64,000 nt of DNA from an uncultured Gammaproteobacteria bacterium (lineage in GTDB: Bacteria; Patescibacteriota; Patescibacteriia; UBA2591; UBA6264): NCBI GenBank assembly GCA_964596735.1, contig CAZQVF010000001.1, positions 74,135 through 138,134 on the forward strand, given 5' to 3'. Position numbers and translations under genes: made by a program. The notes beneath the pieces are model-generated. The model saw only the letters and a program-made list of their open reading frames with translations. It was not told where the DNA came from and ran no database searches. Shown here piece after piece: positions 30,591-41,039 of this stretch; position 1 is the first letter of the stretch; every line of letters starts with the position of its first letter.

Positions 30591-31490
30591 ATGAAAACAA
30601 AAGATTTTAACCGAAAAAAAGAAGACTATTACAAAGGAGAGGCAGAAAAATGGGATCTTAGAGAGAGCTCATCTCGTCCCAGTCCAGAGAATGTTAAGCA
30701 TTATAATCAATTGGTGAAATCAGTTCTAGGCAATAAGAAAAATCCTAGAATTGTTGTTTTAGGATCAACGCCAGAAATCAGAGAGATGCTCTATAAATAC
30801 TATTTTCTTAATAAAGCAAAGATTATTTGTTTAGAACTTTTGCCAGCCATGTATTATGGAATGTCTAATTTAGTTAAACATAAATCTCCAAATGAAAAAT
30901 TTGTTCAAAGTGATTGGTTAAAAATGCCCTTTAAAAAAAACAGTATTGATATTTTTATTGGAGATTTAATCACGGGTAACATTTATAACAAGAAAGATAG
31001 AGAAAAATTATTAAGATTGATTAAAAAATGCTTAAAAAAGAATGGAGTTTTTCTTGAAAGACATCTTTACATAACTCCAAGGGTAAAAATAAAAGATGTT
31101 AAAAAACATTTATTTAGTTTTGTTCCAAAGATTATAAATGAAAAAATAAGCATTAATGCTGCGGCTACTTCTTTTTTGGCTAATTTGGTTGTTGCAAGTT
31201 GGTATCAGAACATAGAGAGGAAGCTTTCTATGATTTATTTTGAAAAAGAAATTAGAAAATTAAAAAAATATTTTCAAAAAAAGAATTTATCCTCTCAAGA
31301 CAGAATTGCCAAAGCCATATTTGATCACTTTCAGCTTTTAGGAGGAAAAAAAAGATATTGGACTTATGGGACCAAGGAACAGGAAGAAAAAGAATTAAGA
31401 GAATATTTTAAAATAGAAAAGAGATTATACGCTAAAGACTTTTATTCTGCGTCTAATGTGCCAATTTATTTATTAAGACCTAAAAAGTGA
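30591..31490 (+). CDS. LGATPE-family class I SAM-dependent methyltransferase-like, paralog 1
   Basis: RPS, VVLGSTPE, SDWLKMPF, IDIFIGD, LKKNG. Confidence 0.85.
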   Translation: MKTKDFNRKKEDYYKGEAEKWDLRESSSRPSPENVKHYNQLVKSVLGNKKNPRIVVLGSTPEIREMLYKYYFLNKAKIICLELLPAMYYGMSNLVKHKSPNEKFVQSDWLKMPFKKNSIDIFIGDLITGNIYNKKDREKLLRLIKKCLKKNGVFLERHLYITPRVKIKDVKKHLFSFVPKIINEKISINAAATSFLANLVVASWYQNIERKLSMIYFEKEIRKLKKYFQKKNLSSQDRIAKAIFDHFQLLGGKKRYWTYGTKEQEEKELREYFKIEKRLYAKDFYSASNVPIYLLRPKK

Positions 31491-31491
31491 T

Positions 31492-32319
31492 ATGAAATCA
31501 TGGGATAATATTAAAAAATCAGAATGGCGAGGATTTGCTGAAAAATGGAGAGCTCTTAATCCCCCCTATAAACCCTCGAGAGAAAGAATAGATATTTATC
31601 ATTATTTAATTAAAAAATATGTTAAAGGCAATAAAGCTTTAGTTTTAGGGGCAACGCCTGAGATTAGAGATCTTTTAGCCAAACTAAAATTCAAAGTAAC
31701 TCTATTAGATATTAGCTTGCCAATGGTTAGGGCAATGACTTTTTTAAAAAAGACCAGGAATAAAGAAAAAATTGTTATTGGCAATTGGCTTAAGGCTAGG
31801 TTTAATGAAAAGTATGACCTAGTTATTGGTGATTCAGTGATTAATAATCTTTTGCCTGGTCAATACACTAAGTTTTTTAAACAGGTACAGAGATTTTTAA
31901 AAAATGACGGTATTTTTATTTCTCAAGGCGTTTTTTTATCAAAACCAATAAGTAAGCATAGAATTTCTATTAAACAGATTATTAATAAGGCAAAGAATAG
32001 GCCTGATTATTATAGAATTTATTCAAATAAGGCTTATGACTATTTAACATGGTCGGTTTCTCAGACTAAAAAGCATTTAGCTAATTTTGGAACATTGAAT
32101 GAGATCTGGCGCCAAAAATTGGAAAATGGACAGATAAGCAAAAAAGAATTTAAATTATTAGATTTTGATCTTCCTGAAGACTTGACAATCTCGTTTTTTA
32201 CCAAAAAAGAATTTGAAAGAACCCTTTGTAAATTTTGGCAAATACTTGATCAAACTCATGAAAAAAGCCATCGGGTTCACAAAGATTTTTATCGCATTTA
32301 TGTTTTAAAAAAGAAATAA
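31492..32319 (+). CDS. LGATPE-family methyltransferase-like, paralog 2
   Basis: PPYKPS, LVLGATPE, GNWL, YDLVIGD, LKNDG. Confidence 0.85.
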   Translation: MKSWDNIKKSEWRGFAEKWRALNPPYKPSRERIDIYHYLIKKYVKGNKALVLGATPEIRDLLAKLKFKVTLLDISLPMVRAMTFLKKTRNKEKIVIGNWLKARFNEKYDLVIGDSVINNLLPGQYTKFFKQVQRFLKNDGIFISQGVFLSKPISKHRISIKQIINKAKNRPDYYRIYSNKAYDYLTWSVSQTKKHLANFGTLNEIWRQKLENGQISKKEFKLLDFDLPEDLTISFFTKKEFERTLCKFWQILDQTHEKSHRVHKDFYRIYVLKKK

Positions 32320-32320
32320 G

Positions 32321-33169
32321 ATGACAGTAAAAAATCCGAAAACAGAAACATGGAGAAAATTTATTGAAGGCTGGTCTAAATTGACCAGTCCGGGCCGACC
32401 AACAAAAAAAGAAATCATTATTTATAAAGAATTCGGATTGGCAAAACTAAAGAAAAAAGGGGCAAAAACTTTAGTCCTTGGCGCCACTCCTGAAATAAGG
32501 GATATGTTGGCAAAATATAATAATCTACAGGTTCATTTAATTGATATTAATATTGATAATTGTTTAGCAATGAGCGAGTTGATGGAAAATAAAACAGCAA
32601 AAGATGAAGAAACATGGATGAAGGCTAATTGGCTAAATAATCCTTTACCAGAAAATTATTTTGATTTAATTTACGGAGATTTTGTTGTTTGCAATGTTCC
32701 CTTTGAAAAGCAGAACAAATTTTTAGCCAATATTAAAGGATGGTTAAAAAAAGAAGGGTTGTTTATTACCCGTTGTACAAGCATAACCTCAGAATACAAA
32801 GAATTATCTTTAAGGGAATTTTGTCAGTTATTCAAAGATAAGCCGGTTAATCTAAAGACAATTAATCATTTTTGGGAATTAGGCGTTTACTTGGGAGAAA
32901 TTGCTGAAGAAAACAGGTTTAGTCCGGGCGTTTTTTATAAACGCTTAAGAAATTATCTTAGAAAACATCCTAATAAAAACATAGATAAAATATTAGAGGC
33001 TGGGGGATTTCTTTATCCCTTAGAATGGACCTGGTCTCTTTGTCCCAAAAAAAGAATTGAAAATTTGCTTTCAAAACATTTTGTGACTAAAAAAAGAGAA
33101 TTTGACACTAAAATGAATTTTATTTATCCGAATTTTTATCCTATTTATTGCTTGAAACCTAAAAAATAA
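32321..33169 (+). CDS. LGATPE-family methyltransferase-like, paralog 3
   Basis: PGRPT, LVLGATPE, ANWL, FDLIYGD, LKKEG. Confidence 0.85.
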   Translation: MTVKNPKTETWRKFIEGWSKLTSPGRPTKKEIIIYKEFGLAKLKKKGAKTLVLGATPEIRDMLAKYNNLQVHLIDINIDNCLAMSELMENKTAKDEETWMKANWLNNPLPENYFDLIYGDFVVCNVPFEKQNKFLANIKGWLKKEGLFITRCTSITSEYKELSLREFCQLFKDKPVNLKTINHFWELGVYLGEIAEENRFSPGVFYKRLRNYLRKHPNKNIDKILEAGGFLYPLEWTWSLCPKKRIENLLSKHFVTKKREFDTKMNFIYPNFYPIYCLKPKK

Positions 33170-33170
33170 T

Positions 33171-34040
33171 ATGGAAAAAAGAACAAAAATGTGGCAAAAG
33201 ATTACCCGAGATTATTGTAAGTTTGTTATTCCAAATCGGCCCAGTCTTGACGATACAAGGAATTATGCCATAGCCATTAATCAAGTATTAAAAAATAAAA
33301 AAGAACCCAAAATATTAGTGATGGGCTCAACCCCAGAGATACGCAGATTTTTGTTTACCTACACCTGTCTTTTTAATGCTCAAGTGTATTGCGTTGATTT
33401 TAGTCCAAATATGTATAAGTCAATGACAGATTTTATAAACAAAGCAGAGTTAAAAGAAAAATATATCAAGGCAAGCTGGTTAAAAACAGGGCTTAAAGAC
33501 AATTTTTTTGATTTAGCAGTGGGCGATGAAGTTATTTGTAATATTGAACCCAAAAAGCATAAAGGGCTTTTTCAAGAAACATCAAGAATCCTTAAAAAAG
33601 ACGGCTATTGGGTCACTCGACATAACATGTATCTTCCGAATCAAGCCAAACCCAAAACAATTATTTTAAACATTGTTAAAGATTTAAAACAAAAGAAATA
33701 CAGTTTTCAAGAAGCAATTCATTATCTTTTCATCACTTTATTTTACAGTCTGGTTCAAACAAACAAACAGCATCGACTTAATCAAGCAGAACAGATGAAA
33801 GAAATGAGAAAGGTATATAAAACCTTAAAAAATGATTTAGATAAAAGAGTATTAAAAGAATTGATTAAACATTTTCAAGGAAATTGGCAATCTACCTATA
33901 GTTATCATTGGTATGTATTGTCTAAAAAAGACAGTGAAAAAGAATTAAGAGAATTTTTTACTATTAAAAAGATTCTAACTCCTCGCGATTATATTACAGC
34001 CAAGAATTCACCGATTTATTTATTGAAAAATAGAAAATAA
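33171..34040 (+). CDS. LGATPE-family methyltransferase-like, paralog 4
   Basis: PNRPS, VMGSTPE, ASWL, FDLAVGD, LKKDG. Confidence 0.85.
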   Translation: MEKRTKMWQKITRDYCKFVIPNRPSLDDTRNYAIAINQVLKNKKEPKILVMGSTPEIRRFLFTYTCLFNAQVYCVDFSPNMYKSMTDFINKAELKEKYIKASWLKTGLKDNFFDLAVGDEVICNIEPKKHKGLFQETSRILKKDGYWVTRHNMYLPNQAKPKTIILNIVKDLKQKKYSFQEAIHYLFITLFYSLVQTNKQHRLNQAEQMKEMRKVYKTLKNDLDKRVLKELIKHFQGNWQSTYSYHWYVLSKKDSEKELREFFTIKKILTPRDYITAKNSPIYLLKNRK

Positions 34041-34057
34041 TAAGATATTTTAATTAT

Positions 34058-34902
34058 ATGGTAATTACAAAAAAACGAAAAAACGTTCAAGCCTGGTCAA
34101 AACAAATGGCACAAAATAGAAAAAAAGGAGACCACCAACTGCTCCTAGTATAAGCGAGCAGAAGATTTATGAAAAATTTTTAAAACAAGCTTTAAAAAAT
34201 AAAGAAAACCCTAAGGTTTTAATTTTAGGAGTTACCCCAGAGCTTCGCAATATTGCCTTAAAAAATAATTGCCAGGTTGTGTCTGTTGACATTAGTCGGG
34301 AAATAATAAAAGCAATGAAACCCTCAATAAAATATAAAGGGTTAAAAAGAGAAAAGATTATTAATGCTAACTGGCTTGCTGTTTCTTTTCCAAAGAATAG
34401 TTTTGATTTGGTAATGGGAGATGCACCCTTAACCAATCTTCTTTCTATTCATGATCTTAGAAAATTATTATTTAAAGTCCGGAGAGTATTAAAGCCAAGG
34501 GGTTTTTTCTTAATAAGAGAACTCATTCATTTATCAAATAAAAAAGCTCCATTTAAAAAAATAGTTTCTGATTATCGGAAGAATAAGATAAAATGGGAAG
34601 ATTTTTTTATGGACCTTAGATTTTATACGTTTTTTAATAAAGCCTATAATCCAAAAAATAACCTTCTTTCCGCTGATAAGATTTTTCAGGAAATTGAAAA
34701 AAAATATAAGCAAGGCGAGCTGACAAAGAAAGAATATCAAAGAATTATGATTCTTGAAAATCGAATGAAGAATTTAGTTTTATTTAAAGAAAAATTTATG
34801 AAATTAATCAAAGAAAATTTTTCCATTATTTCTATTAAAACAGATAAAGAATTTAAATTCTGTCAATATTTACCAATTTATTTGTTGAAAAATAGAAAGT
34901 AA
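34058..34902 (+). pseudogene. LGATPE-family methyltransferase-like, paralog 5, frameshifted (-1) at an A7 run
   Basis: The ATG 34058 frame stops at 34153; the -1 frame after the A-run 34120-34126 reads RRPPTAPS..ILGVTPE..ANWL..FDLVMGD. Confidence 0.8.
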
Positions 34903-34903
34903 T

Positions 34904-35749
34904 ATGGCTAAGAAAAAATTTAGTATAAAAATGAAACAGAGCTGGTTTCAAATTGCTGAGAAATGGAGAGAATATAATTATCCAGTTAAACCTTCTCCCA
35001 TGGAGACAAGATTTTTTGAAAAAGAAATAAAGGATTTATTAAAAAGGGAAAAGAGAATTAAAGCTTTAGTTTTAGGGGCAACCCCTGAATTTAGAGATTT
35101 ATTGGCTAAGCATAAAATAGACACTGTTTTAATTGATAATAATTTAACCTCTGTCAAGGCAATGACTTTTTTAATGAAAAGAAAGACTAAAAAAGAAAAA
35201 ATAGTGGTTGGGGATTGGTTAAAGATGCCTTTTAAAGAAAATACCTTTGATATAGTTTTCAGTGATTCTGCTCAGGACAATATTAAGTTTAAAAATTTCA
35301 ATAAGTTTTTTAATAATGTTTACCAAATTTTAAAGCCAGAGGGATATTGGTTTTTTGCTGCGGTTAATGTGGAAAAAAATCAAAGTATTTCTTTAAAAAA
35401 ATACATTAAAAAATACAAAGAAAAACCAAAGATTTTTAAAGATTTTAGAAATTTTGCTTCTTATTTTTTTCGAGTCGGTCGCGGTCCAGATTTTTATAAA
35501 CCCAAAACCAGAAGTTTTGATTTTGCTAAAATTGATCAAAGGGTAAAGGCCCTTATTGAGGAAGGTAAAATTTCTTCTAAAGCCCTTAAAGATATTTGTT
35601 TTCATTTAAATTATGAACAGGTTTTAATTGGTCAAACCGATTTTAAGAAAATGTTAAAAAAGAATTTTAATATTTTTAAAGAAATGAAAAAAGATAAACA
35701 TCCGGGCATGGAAATAAAGTGGGCGGCAATTTTAAAACCAAAGAAATAA
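34904..35749 (+). CDS. LGATPE-family methyltransferase-like, paralog 6
   Basis: PVKPS, LVLGATPE, GDWLKMPF, FDIVFSD, LKPEG. Confidence 0.85.
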   Translation: MAKKKFSIKMKQSWFQIAEKWREYNYPVKPSPMETRFFEKEIKDLLKREKRIKALVLGATPEFRDLLAKHKIDTVLIDNNLTSVKAMTFLMKRKTKKEKIVVGDWLKMPFKENTFDIVFSDSAQDNIKFKNFNKFFNNVYQILKPEGYWFFAAVNVEKNQSISLKKYIKKYKEKPKIFKDFRNFASYFFRVGRGPDFYKPKTRSFDFAKIDQRVKALIEEGKISSKALKDICFHLNYEQVLIGQTDFKKMLKKNFNIFKEMKKDKHPGMEIKWAAILKPKK

Positions 35750-35750
35750 T

Positions 35751-36638
35751 ATGGCCAAAAAGAAATTAGACAATCCTATTTGGGACGCAAAACAACAAAA
35801 ATGGTGGGAGTTTTTTTGGGGAGGAGTTAAAGCTCCTTGGCGACCGACAAAAAAGGAAATTAAATTTTGGGAAGGGAAAATTCAACAAGCTTTTAAAGAA
35901 AAAGATTTTTTACGTGTTTTAATTTTAGGGGCTACTCCAGAATTTAGAGACATGCTGACCAGGTATAAAGATAAAACAGAAGTGACCCTATTAGACGCAA
36001 ATCCGGCAGTTAAAGCAGCCATGGATAAGCTAAGGAAAAAGAGAAATTCTAAGGAAAGAATAGTTTGGGGTGATTGGCTAAAGATGCCCTTACCGTCTAA
36101 TTATTTTGACATTGTTTTTAGTGATGAAGTATTTGAGAATATTGCTTTGGAAAATCATGACAAGTTACATCAAAATATTAAACGGGTTTTGAAAAAAGAT
36201 GGTTATTTTTTAGATGGTCGGATTTGTTTAGAAGACTTTTTTAAACATCCCTTACATCTAGAACAAGTTTTAAGAAAATATAAAAGGGAGCCAAGGTTTT
36301 TCCACGATTCTTATAACCGGCTTTGGTATTTGTATCGTTTATGCCCTTCAGAAAAGCTCTTTTATAGTAAAAAAGAGCAAGCAGTTTTAATGAATAAAAA
36401 GGCAGCAGAAAAAGTATTTAATAGGGCTAAAAAAATAGGCATAAAAAACCCAAAATATTTAAATTGGGATCCAAGATTAGATTATAAGGAGCTTGATTAC
36501 AAGGAGATAGATTTAGCTAGTTTAAAAAGAGTAAAGTCAATGATTGGAAAATATTTTAAAATAGAAAAAACTTATCAGGATTTATTTCATCCAGTAATGA
36601 AAATAAAATATAATTTTGTCTGCCGTCCTAAAGAATAA
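35751..36638 (+). CDS. LGATPE-family methyltransferase-like, paralog 7
   Basis: APWRPT, LILGATPE, GDWLKMP, FDIVFSD, LKKDG. Confidence 0.85.
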   Translation: MAKKKLDNPIWDAKQQKWWEFFWGGVKAPWRPTKKEIKFWEGKIQQAFKEKDFLRVLILGATPEFRDMLTRYKDKTEVTLLDANPAVKAAMDKLRKKRNSKERIVWGDWLKMPLPSNYFDIVFSDEVFENIALENHDKLHQNIKRVLKKDGYFLDGRICLEDFFKHPLHLEQVLRKYKREPRFFHDSYNRLWYLYRLCPSEKLFYSKKEQAVLMNKKAAEKVFNRAKKIGIKNPKYLNWDPRLDYKELDYKEIDLASLKRVKSMIGKYFKIEKTYQDLFHPVMKIKYNFVCRPKE

Positions 36639-36641
36639 AAT

Positions 36642-37499
36642 ATGGCAAAAAAAGGTTTAATTAATGGAAAAGAATGGGTGGATTATTTAAAATTTTGGTC
36701 GATTATGGCTCCGCCGGCCCGGCCCTCTAGTTTTGATATAAAGATTTGGGAGACATATATTAAAAAAATATTAAGACAAAAAAGAGATATTAAAGCTTTA
36801 GTTTTTGGCGCCACTCCTGAAATCCGCGATTTATTAGCTAAATATAAGATTTTCACTACTCTTTTAGATGTTAATCCAGCCATGATTAAAGGGTTGATGA
36901 AATTCATGAAGTATAAGAAGCAACGAAACGAGAAAGTAATTATTGATAATTGGCTAAAAATTAGAGAATTGTTTTCTGAAAATTCTTTTGATATAGTGAT
37001 GGGCCATGATTTTTTTAATAATATTCCTTGGAGTTCTCATAATAAATTAGCCAGCAGCATTAAATGGGTTTTAAAAAAAGATGGCTATGGATTAATTGTT
37101 TCTCCAATTTTAAGAAAAACAAAAAATTTGTCTAGCGAGCATTTTGTTACGCTATATAAAAAAAATCCAAAATACTTTAAAGAATTTTGTCATCGTTGGT
37201 ATGTAGTAGATGTTTTAAAAAAATTAGATTATAACAAAAGAACCAGACAGTTTTTTATAAAAAAAATAAAAGAACGTTTAATCAAAGAAGCAGAAAAACA
37301 AGGTTTGTCAGAAAAGGATATTAATCAGATGTGGGTTTTTAAAACATTTAATATAGCTGACAATTATATTGGAGTTCACCCGCCCTTAAAAGATTTATTA
37401 AATGTTTTTAAGAAATATTTTAAAATTGAGAAAATGTCTTATTGGTCAAAACAGGGGAACAAATCCCATTTTAATTTTGTTTTAAGACCTAAGAAATAA
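36642..37499 (+). CDS. LGATPE-family methyltransferase-like, paralog 8
   Basis: PPARPS, LVFGATPE, DNWL, FDIVMGH, LKKDG. Confidence 0.85.
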   Translation: MAKKGLINGKEWVDYLKFWSIMAPPARPSSFDIKIWETYIKKILRQKRDIKALVFGATPEIRDLLAKYKIFTTLLDVNPAMIKGLMKFMKYKKQRNEKVIIDNWLKIRELFSENSFDIVMGHDFFNNIPWSSHNKLASSIKWVLKKDGYGLIVSPILRKTKNLSSEHFVTLYKKNPKYFKEFCHRWYVVDVLKKLDYNKRTRQFFIKKIKERLIKEAEKQGLSEKDINQMWVFKTFNIADNYIGVHPPLKDLLNVFKKYFKIEKMSYWSKQGNKSHFNFVLRPKK

Positions 37500-37502
37500 A
37501 AT

Positions 37503-38378
37503 ATGGCAAAACATAAGATAGACAATCCAGTTTGGCAAAAAAAAGAAGAATGGTGGTATAATGTTTGGAAAAAAGTTGAGCCACCATTTCATCCTTCAAA
37601 AGGGGAGGTGATGTTTTATGAAAAGGCAGTGAAAAAAACATTGAAACGAAAAAATCCAAAGGTTCTTGTTTTAGGAGCAACACCAGAAATCCGTGATATG
37701 TTAGCTAAATACAAAAAATTAGACGTTTATATTATAGACGCTGATGTTCCAGTTTATCGAGCCATGACCCGGTTAATGAAAAGAAAGAACAAACGAGAAA
37801 AATTAGTAGTTGGAGATTGGCTAAAAATGCCATTTAAAAAAGATACCTTTGATCTGAGTTTGAGCCACGGAGCTTTTTCTGTAATTAGTCTAAAAAATCA
37901 TGAAAGATTTTATAACAATATTAAAAGAGTAATTAAAAAAGATGGTTATATTGTAATGAGTCGGGTGAATGTCGAACCCTTTTTAAAAGAGCCAATTAGT
38001 TTTAAACAGATTATTGATAGATATAAAGAGGATCCAAAATATTTTAAAAGCCTTCAAAACAGAGTTTATATTTTATACCAATTGACCAGCCGACCAGGCT
38101 TATATAATTACAAAACCCAGAGCATTAAATATCATGTCATGGCTAGAAAATTAAGAGATTATGCTAGAAAACAAGGACTTTCAGAAAAGCAAATAAAAGG
38201 TCTGTATTTTACCCCAGATTTTGATGTGAATCTTAAAATTGATGACACAGAAATACAAACCCTTAAAAGACTAAAGACAATGATTAAAAAACATTTTATA
38301 ATTAAAGAAATATATCAGGATGATTATCACCCGGTGGCCAAAATATTTATTGATTTCTTATGTCAAAAAAGAAAATAG
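37503..38378 (+). CDS. LGATPE-family methyltransferase-like, paralog 9
   Basis: PPFHPS, LVLGATPE, GDWLKMPF, FDLSLSH; close paralog of 10. Confidence 0.85.
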   Translation: MAKHKIDNPVWQKKEEWWYNVWKKVEPPFHPSKGEVMFYEKAVKKTLKRKNPKVLVLGATPEIRDMLAKYKKLDVYIIDADVPVYRAMTRLMKRKNKREKLVVGDWLKMPFKKDTFDLSLSHGAFSVISLKNHERFYNNIKRVIKKDGYIVMSRVNVEPFLKEPISFKQIIDRYKEDPKYFKSLQNRVYILYQLTSRPGLYNYKTQSIKYHVMARKLRDYARKQGLSEKQIKGLYFTPDFDVNLKIDDTEIQTLKRLKTMIKKHFIIKEIYQDDYHPVAKIFIDFLCQKRK

Positions 38379-39238
38379 ACAACCCAATTTGGCAGAAAAA
38401 AGAAGAATGGTGGTATAATGTTTGGAAAAAAGTTGAACCGCCCTTTTGTCCTTCAAAGGGGCAGATTAAGTTTTATGAAAAGATAATAAAGAACAAAATA
38501 CTTAAACGTAAAAATCCCAGAATTCTTGTCTTAGGAGTCACACCGCAGATTCGTGATTTATTGGCTAAATACAAGAAACTAGATGTTTATTTAATTGATA
38601 TTGATGTGCCGGTTTATCGAGCGATGACTAGATTAGTGAAGAAAAAAAATCCTAGAGAAAAATTAATCGTCGGTGATTGGTTAAAAATGCCTTTTGAAAA
38701 AAATTATTTTGATTTAATCATGGCTCATAGTTCGTTTTCTGTCATTAGTTTAAAACACCATAAGTTGTTTTATCAGAATATTAAAAGGGTTCTTAAAAAA
38801 GATGGTTATGTTTTAATGAGTCGGGGAATATTGGAATTTGCTTTTAAAGACCCGATTAATTTTAAACAATTTTTTAATAAATACAAAAAAGACCCTAAAT
38901 ATTTTAAAAATTTTCAAAACAGAACATATATTTTATACCGATTAATCAATCGACCAGGAATCTATGACAGAAGGACACAGGGATTTAAATGGCATGTTAT
39001 GGCCAAAGGGTTGATGGATTATGGAAAAAGACAAGGATTTTCAGAAAAACAAATAAAAAGTCTTTATTTTCTTCCTGAGATAGGGCCAGAAGCAGTTTAT
39101 ACAGATACTGATATTGAAAGTGCAAAAAAAGTTAAATCAATGATTAGAAAACATTTTATAATCAAACAAATTCATCAGGATAATTATCACCCCATTGCTA
39201 AAATATTTATTGATTTTTTATGTCAAAAAAGAAAATAA
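38360..39238 (+). CDS. LGATPE-family methyltransferase-like, paralog 10 (recent duplicate of 9)
   Basis: Shares WQKKEEWWYNVWKKVEPPF and AKIFIDFLCQKRK with paralog 9; LGVTPQ. Confidence 0.85.
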   Translation: MSKKKIDNPIWQKKEEWWYNVWKKVEPPFCPSKGQIKFYEKIIKNKILKRKNPRILVLGVTPQIRDLLAKYKKLDVYLIDIDVPVYRAMTRLVKKKNPREKLIVGDWLKMPFEKNYFDLIMAHSSFSVISLKHHKLFYQNIKRVLKKDGYVLMSRGILEFAFKDPINFKQFFNKYKKDPKYFKNFQNRTYILYRLINRPGIYDRRTQGFKWHVMAKGLMDYGKRQGFSEKQIKSLYFLPEIGPEAVYTDTDIESAKKVKSMIRKHFIIKQIHQDNYHPIAKIFIDFLCQKRK

Positions 39239-40071
39239 GTGTAAAAGATTATGTTGAATTTTGGAAAAATCTTTATCCAGAGATAAAGCCGCTTCCTTCA
39301 ACAATTCAGTTTTGGGAAGATAAAATTAAAGAGATATTAAAGAAGAATAAGAATCCTCAGGCCTTGGTTTTAGGAGTGACCCCAGAAATCAGAGATTTAT
39401 TGACTAAGCATAAAATTAAGACAACCTGTTTAGACCTTAATCCAATAATGATTAAGGCAATGGAATCATTAGTTAAAAGGAAAAATCCTAAAGAAAGAAT
39501 TATTAAGGGTGATTGGCTAAAAATGCCATTTAAAAAAGATACTTTTGATTTTATTATCAGTGATTGCCCCCAAGATAATATTCCCTATAAGAGTTGGAAC
39601 AAATTTTTTCAAAGTGTTTTTCAGGTTTTAAAACCAAGCGGATATTGGTTATTAGGAGCAACTCTTTTTAAAGGTTTTAAAGAGGGAATTAATTTAAGTC
39701 AATTCATAGAAATTTATCGAAAAAATCCCAAGGTATTTACAAATTCGAAGCAAAAGTTTTATTATCTTCTTAAACTATCTAGTTGTCGTGATTTTAATAA
39801 TCGCAAGACCAAAACAGTTGATTGGATAAAGGTAGATAAAGAATTAGAAAAACTTTATAAAAAAGGATTAATCAACAGAAAAGAGTTAAATGATTTATCT
39901 ATATCTACAAAAAGTATTAAGTTAAGTTTGGCCTGTAAATGGCCCTGGGTTACCATGAATGAGTTTTGTAGAATTTTGAAAAAGAATCATTTTTATGTGA
40001 TAGGTTATAGAGAAGATGACATTTTTCCAGCTGGTTGTTTTCGCCAGGCTTTTATTTTAAAAAAACATTGA
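39220..40071 (+). CDS. LGATPE-family methyltransferase-like, paralog 11
   Basis: LVLGVTPE, GDWLKMPF, FDFIISD, LKPSG. Confidence 0.85.
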   Translation: MSKKKISVKDYVEFWKNLYPEIKPLPSTIQFWEDKIKEILKKNKNPQALVLGVTPEIRDLLTKHKIKTTCLDLNPIMIKAMESLVKRKNPKERIIKGDWLKMPFKKDTFDFIISDCPQDNIPYKSWNKFFQSVFQVLKPSGYWLLGATLFKGFKEGINLSQFIEIYRKNPKVFTNSKQKFYYLLKLSSCRDFNNRKTKTVDWIKVDKELEKLYKKGLINRKELNDLSISTKSIKLSLACKWPWVTMNEFCRILKKNHFYVIGYREDDIFPAGCFRQAFILKKH

Positions 40072-40110
40072 AAATAAAGAAAAAGCCGTTTTGTAGCGGT
40101 TTGAAAATTT

Positions 40111-40965
40111 ATGACAAAAAAAATTAAAAAACAAAATAAAAAAACTTTTAATCCAGACTGGAAAAAATGGTCTGATTTTTGGAATAAAATTAAACCACCC
40201 TGGAAGCCTTCGGTTCAAGAAATAAGATTTATAAAATCAAGACTTAAAGTATTGGTTAAAAACAATCAACCACGAGCCCTGATTCAAGGCGCAACCCCAG
40301 ACTTTCGTGATTTATTAGCTGATTTAGGTTATCAGGTCTGGCTTTTAGACATAAACAAAGAAATGGTTGATGGTACGAGGCTGGTGATGAAGAATAAAAA
40401 TCCTAAAGAAAAAGTAAAGATTGGGAATTGGCTTGCCAAACCATTTAAAACAAACTATTTTGATGCTGTCTTAGCCGACGAAACTCTTGATAACTTAGCT
40501 TTAAAAACATATAACCAGTATTTTCAAAATATAAAAACGTTTCTTAAACCAGGTGGATATTTTATTTACGGGGCTTATTGCATGCCAGCCCGGACTCGCC
40601 AAATAAGTTTTGATGAGTTAGCTAAATTATATAATAAAGACCCGAAATTTTTTAAAAAATGGGAGAATAAATGTTATCTTTGGCACTGGGTGCAAGATAA
40701 ATCTAAAATCTTTGATCGTCGAAAATGGCAATATGATTTTACCTATTTTGATAACGAAATTCAAAAACTATATGATCAAGGGAAAATATCCAAGCAAGGC
40801 TTAAAAGATTTACAATATAAGATGGGGGCATATCAGAGTGTTCATCTATACCGCAAAGATTTAGAGATTCGACTTAAAAAGTATTTTAAAATTTTAAACA
40901 TTTGGGTTGTTCCAAAGATGAAGTATCATAATAAGATAGTTTACGTTTTAAAAGTTCAAAAATAA
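40111..40965 (+). CDS. LGATPE-family methyltransferase-like, paralog 12
   Basis: PPWKPS, IQGATPD, GNWL, FDAVLAD, LKPGG. Confidence 0.85.
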   Translation: MTKKIKKQNKKTFNPDWKKWSDFWNKIKPPWKPSVQEIRFIKSRLKVLVKNNQPRALIQGATPDFRDLLADLGYQVWLLDINKEMVDGTRLVMKNKNPKEKVKIGNWLAKPFKTNYFDAVLADETLDNLALKTYNQYFQNIKTFLKPGGYFIYGAYCMPARTRQISFDELAKLYNKDPKFFKKWENKCYLWHWVQDKSKIFDRRKWQYDFTYFDNEIQKLYDQGKISKQGLKDLQYKMGAYQSVHLYRKDLEIRLKKYFKILNIWVVPKMKYHNKIVYVLKVQK

Positions 40966-41039
40966 GAACCCTTCGCTACGCTCAGGAACCTTGAAATTAA
41001 AACTTTATTTTATAAATATTAAGGTAGTTTAATTATAAT
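40964..41039 (+). repeat. Dispersed repeat, copy 7 (inside the array)
   Basis: AAGAACC-CTTCGCTACGCTCAG-GAACC-TTGAAATTAAA...AAGGTAGTTTAATTATAAT. Confidence 0.85.
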
